A stretch of DNA of 24,000 bases, taken from positions 48,634-72,633 of the forward strand of contig NZ_PGCP01000020.1 in NCBI RefSeq assembly GCF_002812985.1, read 5' to 3'. Positions 17,295 to 24,000 of the stretch are shown piece after piece (position 1 is the stretch's first letter; every line of letters begins with the position of its first letter). The DNA comes from Aeromonas lusitana (GTDB lineage: Bacteria; Pseudomonadota; Gammaproteobacteria; Enterobacterales; Aeromonadaceae). The notes beneath the pieces were generated by a model. The model did not search any database and was not told where the DNA came from. It worked only from the letters and a program-made list of their open reading frames with translations. A program made the translations under genes and the position numbers.

Positions 17295-19469
17295 TCAGGC
17301 GCCGCGGCGCCAAGCGTGATAACGAGCCAGCCAGGGCAGCAGGCGTGTGGGCTGATGGGCCCGTTGCCACTCTCCTGCCAGGTATTTGTTCCCCTCCACC
17401 AGGGTGGGATAGGGATGGATGGTGGCCAGGATCTTGCGAAGCCCGAGCCCATGGCGCATGGCCAGCACGAACTCGGCGAGCCGCTCGCCGGCGTGAGGGC
17501 CCACAATGGTTGCCCCCAGGATCCTGTCCTTGCCCGGCACCGTCAGCACCTCCACAAACCCCTGCCGCTCGCCGTCGGCGATGGATCGGTCGAGCTCTGC
17601 CATCTCGAAGCGGGTCACTTCGAAAGGAATGCCTCGCGCACTGGCCTCGCGCCGGTTCAATCCCACCCGGGCTATCTCGGGGCTGGTGTAGGTGGCGGCC
17701 GGGATCACCCGATAGTCCGCCCGAAAGCGCTTGAAGGGGCTGAACAGGGTATTGACCGCCGCGTACCAACCCTGATGGGCCGCCACATGGGTGAACTGAT
17801 AGGGACCGGCCACGTCCCCCACCGCCAGCAGGCTGGGATAGGGGGTGGCGAGATACTCATCGACCGCCAGGGTGCCGTCCGGCGAGAGGGGCACTCCCAG
17901 CGCTTCCAGTCCGAAGCCGCTGACGTTGGCGACCCGGCCTAGGGCCAGCAGCAGCTGATCCCCCTCCAGCAGCAGCTGCTCGTCATCACGGCGCAGGTGC
18001 AATCGAATGGGCCACTGGCTTGGTTCGTCCTCGGGCTCGCTCTCGGCCTTTGGCAGATAATCTACCCGCTCGGCGCGCCAGCCGGTGAGTACCTGCACAC
18101 CGTCTGCCACCATCCGGGCCTGCAACAGATCAGCGACGTCGCGCTCTTCCCTTGGCAGCAGCTGATCCGCCAGCTCCACCAGGGTGACCTGGATGCCGAG
18201 CAGGGCCAGGCTCTGGGCCAGCTCGCAGCCGATGGGGCCGCCGCCCAGCACCAGCAGGTGGCGCGGCGCCTCGCGCAGCTGCCAGAGGTTGTCCGAGGTG
18301 AGGTAGGGAACCTCCGTCAGGCCCGGCAGGTTCGGCACCCTGGGCCGGGCGCCGGTGGCGATGACGATATGGCGGGCGGACAGGCGCTGGCCACCCACCT
18401 CGACCTCCCAGGGGGAGACGAGGCGGCCGGTGCCTTGGATGCACTCCACCCCCAGCCCCTGGTAGCGTTCTACCGAGTCGTGGGGCTCGACGGCCTTGAT
18501 CACCTCGGCCACCCGTGCCATCACGGCGGCAAAATCGGCTCTGGAGTGGGCAGGCGTGAAGCCCAGTTCGGCGGCGCGGCGCTGCTCAAAGGCGAAGCGA
18601 GCGCTTCGGATCAGCGCCTTGGAGGGGACGCAGCCGGTATGGAGGCAATCCCCGCCCATCCTGTGCTGCTCGATGAGCCCGACCCTGGCCTTGACCGCCG
18701 CCGCGATATAGCTGGTCACCAGGCCACCGGCCCCTGCGCCTATGACCAGCAGGTTGTAGTCGAAGCGTTCGGGTTTGCGGTAGGGGGCGTGCAGGCGGCG
18801 CAGGGCGAGGCGCGCCATCAGATGTTTCATCAGCCAGGGCATAAGCCCCAGCAGGGTCAACGCCAGGATGAGACCGGGGGAGAGGATGTTGCCCGTGCTG
18901 GTGAGGGTGGCGAGCTCCGAGCCCGCCAGCACGTAGACGAAGGTGCCGGGCAGCATGCCGAGCTGGCTCACCCAGAAGTAGGTGCTGACTCTGATGGGGG
19001 TGAGCCCCATCAGCAGGTTGACCAGAAAGAAGGGGAAGAGGGGAATGAGGCGCAGGCTCAGCAGGTAGAAGGCGCCATCCTTTGCCATCCCCTGCTCGAA
19101 TTGGGCCAGCCTGTCGCCAAAGCGGGTCCTGACCCAGTCTCGCAGCAGGAAGCGGGCGCTGAGCATGGCGAGCGTCGCGCCGAGGGTGCTGGCAAAGGAG
19201 ACCAGCAAGAGCCCCCAGCCGATACCGAACACGGCGCTGCCCGCCAGGGTCAACAGGCTGGCACCGGGCAGGGAGAGGGCCGTGCTCACGACATAGATGA
19301 GCAGGTATAAGAGGGCGGCTTCGAGGAAGTGTGCCTGCACCCAGGTCAAGATCTGCAGCTGACGGGCCTGCAACTCGGCGAGGCTCAGGTAGCGGCCGAG
19401 ATCCAGGGCAAAGAAGGTAGCGATCAACCCAAGGATAAGTAGCAGCAATATAAGGCGAGGACGACTCAT
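17295..19469 (-). CDS. Fusion protein: N-terminal DedA/TVP38-TMEM64 membrane domain plus C-terminal class I FAD pyridine-nucleotide-disulfide oxidoreductase
   Basis: The first 220 aa or so are polytopic (LRLIPLFPFFLVNLLMG is DedA/SNARE-associated-like). Then come the FAD fold LLVIGAGAGG, the redox-active disulfide GGDCLHTGCVPSK, the NAD fold LLVLGGGPIGCE, and the C-terminal dimerisation motif HPYPTLVE. Confidence 0.92.
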   Translation of the reverse strand: MSRPRLILLLLILGLIATFFALDLGRYLSLAELQARQLQILTWVQAHFLEAALLYLLIYVVSTALSLPGASLLTLAGSAVFGIGWGLLLVSFASTLGATLAMLSARFLLRDWVRTRFGDRLAQFEQGMAKDGAFYLLSLRLIPLFPFFLVNLLMGLTPIRVSTYFWVSQLGMLPGTFVYVLAGSELATLTSTGNILSPGLILALTLLGLMPWLMKHLMARLALRRLHAPYRKPERFDYNLLVIGAGAGGLVTSYIAAAVKARVGLIEQHRMGGDCLHTGCVPSKALIRSARFAFEQRRAAELGFTPAHSRADFAAVMARVAEVIKAVEPHDSVERYQGLGVECIQGTGRLVSPWEVEVGGQRLSARHIVIATGARPRVPNLPGLTEVPYLTSDNLWQLREAPRHLLVLGGGPIGCELAQSLALLGIQVTLVELADQLLPREERDVADLLQARMVADGVQVLTGWRAERVDYLPKAESEPEDEPSQWPIRLHLRRDDEQLLLEGDQLLLALGRVANVSGFGLEALGVPLSPDGTLAVDEYLATPYPSLLAVGDVAGPYQFTHVAAHQGWYAAVNTLFSPFKRFRADYRVIPAATYTSPEIARVGLNRREASARGIPFEVTRFEMAELDRSIADGERQGFVEVLTVPGKDRILGATIVGPHAGERLAEFVLAMRHGLGLRKILATIHPYPTLVEGNKYLAGEWQRAHQPTRLLPWLARYHAWRRGA

Positions 19470-20101
19470 GGCAGCGGTTTATCCTGCCGGGGAGGGGTGA
19501 CCTGCTCGGTTGTCGGGTCGACGGCGCCTGTGGTATCCGGCGCCGCACTCCGCTCGGGCTGCACCGGCAGTTGGCAGAAGCCCTGAGGCGCTATGTCGAG
19601 GGCGGCATTGAACTTGGCGGACATGTTCTGGAAGGCGATGAGGCCGGTCAGCTCCACCAGACTGTCGTCATCGAACCAGGGCTTGAGGCGCAGCGCCTGC
19701 TCGTCGCTCACCCCGTCCAGCCCGGTCATGGCCTCGGCGTAGTCGAGCACGGCCCGCTCCCGCTCATCGAACAGGGGGCTGGTGCGCCAGTTCGCCAGCG
19801 CTTCTACCTTGGCGCTGGAGCCCGCCCGCTTGATGAGCGTCATGGCGTTGATGTCGACGCAAAAGCGGCACCAGTTGAGCTGGGAGACCCGCACAGTGAC
19901 CAGGGAGCGCAGCACGGGATCGATGGGAGAGCGCTTGCGGTTGATGACCCCGTACAGGGTGGCCACGGCGGCAAACAGGCGCGGCGAGCGGCCCCAGCAC
20001 TTGCCGGGGATCAGCACCTGGCCGTAGTTGCGCTGCTGCAGCCAGAAGAAGGGGCGGATAAACCAGGCATATTCCCGGTCGGGCTTCACCTCGATGCGCA
20101 T
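19466..20101 (-). CDS. Carboxymuconolactone decarboxylase/AhpD-like family protein (YnjA-like)
   Basis: 211-aa ORF with the CMD-type CxxC region (QLNWCRFCVDIN). Its stop overlaps the downstream start (ATGA at 19466-19469). Confidence 0.88.
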   Translation of the reverse strand: MRIEVKPDREYAWFIRPFFWLQQRNYGQVLIPGKCWGRSPRLFAAVATLYGVINRKRSPIDPVLRSLVTVRVSQLNWCRFCVDINAMTLIKRAGSSAKVEALANWRTSPLFDERERAVLDYAEAMTGLDGVSDEQALRLKPWFDDDSLVELTGLIAFQNMSAKFNAALDIAPQGFCQLPVQPERSAAPDTTGAVDPTTEQVTPPRQDKPLP

Positions 20102-20108
20102 CTTGACC

Positions 20109-20795
20109 TCAGTATTTCAGATTGGGTTTGTAGGCCTGCCCGAGGCGCTCGCTCAGGCGGATCAGGAAGTCCTGAATACGCGCCCGGTTGGCCCCCAGAT
20201 CGCTGCGTCCCTGACGGGAAGCGGATCGCATATCGACCCGGGTCTCCTTGGGACCGGCGAAGACCCGCAGCGCCACGTCATCCTCGAAGCCGAACCAGGG
20301 GCTGGTGACCACGGCATTGAGGCCGCCTGGCGTCTCCATGACGCGCCAGCCCAGCTCAGTCATCAGCTCCTCGGCCTCGGCGAGCACCTCGTCTGGCGAG
20401 GCATGGGTATAGAGAGGACCGGGGTTGTTGGCAAATGCTTGCAAGGGGGCGGCATTGATGGGCAGATCCTGCGCCGTTCTGAGCTGTTCGGCCCACTGCA
20501 GGCGAGGGGGGTGGTAGGGATCCGTGCTGACGTCGTTGATGAGCGGCGCGCGCAGCGCCTGCACCAGGAACAGCAGGGGCAGCAGCATGGGCACTATGCC
20601 CCACAGATCCGGCCACAGGTTGGTGGTGCGACGACGGCGCCAGGGCAGGCGCAGCAAGAGGCCAAGCCCTATCAGGGCGCTGGCCAGACAGAGGGTGAAA
20701 CCGACCCACCAGGGCCAGAGATGGATGCGGCTGCCGAGGGCGCCAGTGAGGGGCAGCAACCAGGCCAGCAGGGGCCACCACAAATAGCTGGGCAT
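20109..20795 (-). CDS. DUF1499-family protein with N-terminal transmembrane segments
   Basis: 228-aa ORF with three hydrophobic helices, then a soluble domain ending FGFEDDVALRV...VDMRSASRQGRSDLGANRARIQDF, which is typical of DUF1499. It ends 7 nt before the next gene. Confidence 0.83.
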   Translation of the reverse strand: MPSYLWWPLLAWLLPLTGALGSRIHLWPWWVGFTLCLASALIGLGLLLRLPWRRRRTTNLWPDLWGIVPMLLPLLFLVQALRAPLINDVSTDPYHPPRLQWAEQLRTAQDLPINAAPLQAFANNPGPLYTHASPDEVLAEAEELMTELGWRVMETPGGLNAVVTSPWFGFEDDVALRVFAGPKETRVDMRSASRQGRSDLGANRARIQDFLIRLSERLGQAYKPNLKY

Positions 20796-20845
20796 AGGAG
20801 GGATCCACTGGTTATGATGGGCAATGCTCAGAAGGATAAACTTAA

Positions 20846-21385
20846 TTGACTGATAACGTTAGTAAATTTATCTATCTCCTGCTGCTTTTCGCCGTCCGTC
20901 CCTTGTGGGCCGACAGCGCCGTGCTGGCGGCGGGGGACATGTGGCGAGCCGAGGCAGCCTTTGAGGCCATGGTGGGGGTCAGCCGGGTGGAGACGGGATA
21001 TGCGAGCCCGCCGGATGGGAGCGAAGCGCGCCGTCAGGCGGTGCGGGTGCATTTTGACAACCGGCGCCTTGGTTATGGCGATCTGCTCGGCCGTTTCTGG
21101 CAACTGGTGGATGGAGATGATGGGGAGGGGCAGTATTGCAATCGGGGCAAGGGGTTCGCTCCGGCGCTTCTGCCCCAGAGTGATTACCAGTGGCGTCTGG
21201 CCGAGGCGAGCCTGGCGCGCTGGCGAGCACTCCATGGCCGGGAGAGTCGGGTCTCCTTCTGGCCACAGAGCCAATTCACGCCAGCCCCCGAGATGGAAGA
21301 CTGGGCCAGCCGTCACCCCTGGCGTTTCGGGGTCTATGCCCGGCGTTGTGGTGGCTGGCCCCTGCCTGAGGTGAGCCGTCCCTGA
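20846..21385 (+). CDS. Secreted MsrA-fold protein lacking the catalytic GCFWG cysteine (putative pseudoenzyme)
   Basis: TTG start with an AAGGA Shine-Dalgarno 9 nt upstream. Signal peptide KFIYLLLLFAVRPLWA/DS. Manual alignment to E. coli MsrA: AAGDMWRAEAAFEAMVGVSRVETGY versus [25 protein letters not shown], and LLGRFWQLVD versus LLQVFWENHD. Confidence 0.72.
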   Translation: MTDNVSKFIYLLLLFAVRPLWADSAVLAAGDMWRAEAAFEAMVGVSRVETGYASPPDGSEARRQAVRVHFDNRRLGYGDLLGRFWQLVDGDDGEGQYCNRGKGFAPALLPQSDYQWRLAEASLARWRALHGRESRVSFWPQSQFTPAPEMEDWASRHPWRFGVYARRCGGWPLPEVSRP

Positions 21386-21390
21386 GCCGT

Positions 21391-21412
21391 CTAAGGTGCT
21401 GGTGCACCTTAG
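21391..21412. terminator. Hairpin between convergent msrA-like gene and ppiC
   Basis: 9-bp stem: ctaaggtgc (21391-21399) pairs with gcaccttag (21404-21412), with a 4-nt loop. It overlaps the ppiC stop codon and has no U-tract. Confidence 0.5.
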
Positions 21413-21687
21413 TTGCGGTAAAGCACCTTGATGAGGTGGAAGCCGAACTTGGTGCGCACGGGGCCGAGCACGGTCAGCAGCTCCCCCTTGAACACGGCAT
21501 CGTCGAACGCCTTGACCATGTCCCCCTTGGAGAACTCCCCCAGATCGCCGCTGCGCTTGGCGGAGGCGCAAGTGGAGAAGCGCTTGGCCATCTGGCCAAA
21601 ATCGGCGCCCTTGGCGAGTTTTTCCTTGATCTCGAGACACTGCTTCTCGGTCTTGACCAGGATGTGCTGGGCACAGGCTTTCTTCAT
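21409..21687 (-). CDS. ppiC: Parvulin-type peptidyl-prolyl cis-trans isomerase C
   Basis: From ATG 21687 (GAGGAAAG Shine-Dalgarno) it reads MKKACAQHILVKTEKQCLEIKEKLAKGADFGQMAKRFSTC...GFHLIKVLYRN. This is collinear with E. coli PpiC (92-93 aa). Confidence 0.95.
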   Translation of the reverse strand: MKKACAQHILVKTEKQCLEIKEKLAKGADFGQMAKRFSTCASAKRSGDLGEFSKGDMVKAFDDAVFKGELLTVLGPVRTKFGFHLIKVLYRN

Positions 21688-21776
21688 GGGGCTTTCCTCG
21701 GCGGATGACAAAAGGGGCGCAAGATTACCCTAATTGGCCTTGTCCGTCAGCCATGTTCGAGGGCGCTCGCCTTGTA

Positions 21777-22157
21777 TCAGGCTTGCATGTCTGCGGTCAG
21801 CCGCACCCTGGCGCGCGATTGCCACAGGATCTCCAGCCCCAGCAGGGCATAGAGGCTCCAGATGGCCAAAGGATTGAGCCAGTCGCCCCCCAATTGCAGG
21901 GTGAGCAGGGCGCCGCCGACCAGCAGCAAGCTGATGCCGGGCAGACGCCAGTGAGCGGGCAGGGGGGCCAGCATGGCCAATCCCAGCAGTAGGGCCAGGC
22001 CGAAGGGCAGGTTGAGGGCGGTGAAGGCCAGTGCCTGCTGGCCGCTCATGCCGGTCAGCAGGGCCAGCATGGCACTGCAGCAGGCCAGAAAGGTGATGAA
22101 CTCGAGCCTGTCGGCGATGTAATCAGCCAGCTGTTCGCTACGCATGGGCATGGGCAT
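21777..22157 (-). CDS. Hypothetical small inner-membrane protein (3-4 TM helices)
   Basis: 126-aa ORF with alternating hydrophobic stretches. No motif recognised. Confidence 0.6.
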   Translation of the reverse strand: MPMPMRSEQLADYIADRLEFITFLACCSAMLALLTGMSGQQALAFTALNLPFGLALLLGLAMLAPLPAHWRLPGISLLLVGGALLTLQLGGDWLNPLAIWSLYALLGLEILWQSRARVRLTADMQA

Positions 22158-22262
22158 GGTCTCCTTCGATTGATGTTACCAGTGTGGGGCAGGGCAGCGC
22201 CAAGTGGCAGCGGGATAAATCGATTGGATTAAACGAAGCTTTCAGCTAACCAATTCAAGTTA

Positions 22263-22290
22263 TTGATTTAAGTTTATTTTCCTGTTCAAT
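22263..22290 (+). promoter_or_regulatory. Candidate sigma70 promoter at the edge of the GC-rich block upstream of tamA
   Basis: TTGATT (22263-22268), 16-nt spacer ending in TG, then TTCAAT (22285-22290). The predicted start near 22297 coincides with the abrupt switch from AT-rich to GC-rich sequence. Pattern only. Confidence 0.3.
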
Positions 22291-22693
22291 AGCAGAGTGT
22301 GGTGTGCGCGCCGCAAGCGCAGGGATGTCAAGGCGCTCTTCGGGCCCTTGACCCCAATGGGAAGTGCCACCCGACACGGTCTGTCGCGTGCTGTCAGTGG
22401 CAGAAAGACGGGGCGGCGGCCCGCTTGGGAAGATGCTCATACGCGGCTGCGCTGCTTTTTTGTACCCCATTGCCGAGAGAGTGCGCACTTTTCTCCCGCC
22501 GGCGGGGGATTTTCCCGCGCGGTGTGCAACGAGCGGGGAGCGCGGTGCCAGAATAGGGGTGACTGAGCGGGGGGATCCCGCTGCGGTCGCGTCCGGGGTT
22601 ATGCTAGGATGAGCGGCGCTTGCTCGGCAGTAAGCCTCACTATCATTCTATTTAATACAGTCTTTTAATCATGTTATTCGGGGAAATTGACGT

Positions 22694-24000
22694 TTGACAG
22701 GATGCTATCCTCTCCTGGCAGCAGGGACCAGATCGCCCGGGCGCTACCTTCGCCACGGGCTCGGCACATTGCTCGCGCTCTGCCTCTTGCTGCTGGCGAT
22801 GCCTGCCATGGCGGCCAAGCTGACCTATCAGATAAAAGGGGTCAAGGGAGAGCAGAAGGACAACGTCGAGGCCTACCTCAATGCCCTGCCCGTCTATCAG
22901 GAGCGCCAGTACCGCCCTGCCCGCGCCAAGATCACAGAGAGCGTGCAAAAAGCCCTGCAGGTCTATGGCTATTACCAGCCGAAGATTACCCTCAACCGTG
23001 ACAAGAATGCCCCCGCCAAGGTGGTGATCGAGATAGACAGGGGCAAGCCGGTGATCGTCTCGCGCCTCGACATCCTGCTGGAAGGGGACGCGAGCAACGA
23101 CGAGATCTACAGCGCCCTCCTCGATCAGCTGCCCCTCAAGGAGGGGGATCCCCTCAACCATGGCAAGTACGAGTCCATCAAGGCGGATCTCGGCAGCCTG
23201 GGGCTTGCCCGCGGCTATTTCGACGCCAAGATCAGCAAGAGTCAGGTCAAGGTGTTCCCGGATCAGGGCAAGGCGGAGATCTATATCCTGTTCCGCTCCG
23301 GCCCCCGCTACCACTTCGGCGACATCCACTACGATGCCACCCCGGAGGCGCTGCGCCTCATTCGCCCGCTCATCAACATCAAGAGCGGCGATCCTTACCT
23401 CGCCATCCGCCTCGCCGAGATGTCCCAGGATGTCTCCTCCACCAAGCTGTTCAAGGTGGTGGATATCAAACCCATGATAAGCCAGGCGGAGAACAACCTG
23501 GTGCCGGTGCAGGTGACCCTCACCAACCGGGTGGATCATGAAATAGAGGCCGGTGTCGGTTACGCCACCGACGTGGGGCCGCGCATGAGCGCCACCTGGG
23601 AGAAGCCCTGGGTCAACCGCTACGGCCACAGCCTCTCAAGCACCGCCAAGATCTCGGCGCCGGAGGCCGAGCTCAGCTTCGATTACCAGATCCCGGTGGG
23701 CAACCCGCTGCGGGACTACTACTCATTGCAGGCCGGTTATCAGTACACCAACAACAACGATACCCGCTCCGATCTGACCACCATAGGGGTGCACCGCTGG
23801 AAACGGCGGCCGGAGAGCTGGGACAGGGACGTCTTTGTGCGCCTCGAGAACGAGCGCTACGTGCAGGGCAGCGACGAGGGGAACAGTCTGTTGCTGATCC
23901 CGGGTGTCTCCTGGTCGCGGCTGCGGGTGCGCGGCGGCATGGTGCCGGACTGGGGGGATCGCCAGCAGCTGACGCTGGAGTTCTCCAGTCCGTACTGGGG
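22694..24000 (+). CDS. tamA: Translocation and assembly module outer-membrane protein TamA (Omp85 family); partial, 3' end beyond the window
   Basis: Absent from the track because it runs off the right edge. Manual translation gives RYLRHGLGTLLALCLLLLAMPAMA/AKLTYQIKGVKGEQKDNVEAYLNALP (signal plus POTRA). Later IEAGVGYATDVGPRMSATWEKPWVNRYGHSLSS parallels E. coli TamA ([29 protein letters not shown]). The start is uncertain: after the in-frame stop at 22688-22690, the only start-type codons before the conserved signal sequence are TTG 22694 and CTG 22715. Confidence 0.92.
   Translation, partial: MTGCYPLLAAGTRSPGRYLRHGLGTLLALCLLLLAMPAMAAKLTYQIKGVKGEQKDNVEAYLNALPVYQERQYRPARAKITESVQKALQVYGYYQPKITLNRDKNAPAKVVIEIDRGKPVIVSRLDILLEGDASNDEIYSALLDQLPLKEGDPLNHGKYESIKADLGSLGLARGYFDAKISKSQVKVFPDQGKAEIYILFRSGPRYHFGDIHYDATPEALRLIRPLINIKSGDPYLAIRLAEMSQDVSSTKLFKVVDIKPMISQAENNLVPVQVTLTNRVDHEIEAGVGYATDVGPRMSATWEKPWVNRYGHSLSSTAKISAPEAELSFDYQIPVGNPLRDYYSLQAGYQYTNNNDTRSDLTTIGVHRWKRRPESWDRDVFVRLENERYVQGSDEGNSLLLIPGVSWSRLRVRGGMVPDWGDRQQLTLEFSSPYW

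Noticed and set aside
7870-21711. Longer N-terminal extensions offered by the ORF track: seqA from 7870, EamA from 11148, MarR from 11159, ATPase from 14690, binding protein from 17769, ppiC from 21711
   Set aside because: The extensions overlap promoters, operators or upstream genes, lack homology to the family N-termini, and have internal starts with better Shine-Dalgarno sequences or translational-coupling geometry.
22356-22410. Cobalamin-riboswitch-like words (AATGGGAAG, GCCACTG on the complement)
   Set aside because: These are only isolated short matches. The conserved GGUG..AA.UCC and B12-box (AGYCMGG.GACCKGCC-like) elements are absent, and the words lie on different strands.
1-24000. 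Mobile elements, prophage remnants, toxin-antitoxin or known defence systems
   Set aside because: No transposase, integrase or recombinase ORFs, no terminal inverted repeats, no tRNA or att-like junctions, and no clearly gene-sized compositional island were seen. All sizeable ORFs are accounted for by housekeeping or transporter families.

Overview
GC-rich gammaproteobacterial chromosomal DNA. Gene order and protein sequences look Aeromonas-like, but the organism call is inference. About the first 10 kb is a housekeeping block in the order known from E. coli: glnS, fur, fldA, ybfE, ybfF, seqA, pgm. One extra DUF4442/hotdog gene sits between fur and fldA. A Tat-signal molybdoenzyme gene runs off the left edge; it is missing from the ORF track and was read by hand. 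Next come a divergent EamA transporter/MarR pair with two palindromic operators, then mltB. A long minus-strand cluster follows (12914-20795): DUF1499 protein, AhpD/CMD-like protein, DedA::FAD-disulfide-reductase fusion, a YnjB/C/D-like ABC importer, and a YnjF-like CDP-alcohol phosphatidyltransferase. The window ends with a secreted MsrA-like protein lacking the catalytic Cys motif, ppiC, a small membrane protein, a 536-bp ORF-free spacer, and the 5' part of tamA, which runs off the right edge. No rRNA, tRNA, CRISPR array, transposase, integrase or recognisable defence genes were seen. Many long ORFs in the track are antisense shadows typical of GC-rich DNA. The most unusual signals are: (1) a 115-bp tandem triplication of the 3' end of the ABC ATPase gene, whose copies diverge only at third codon positions in a conserved 13-codon block but carry different tails; (2) the ynj-like redox/ABC/lipid-transferase cluster, whose function is unknown; (3) the MsrA-like pseudoenzyme candidate; (4) two GC-rich ORF-free blocks upstream of glnS and tamA that share short identical words.
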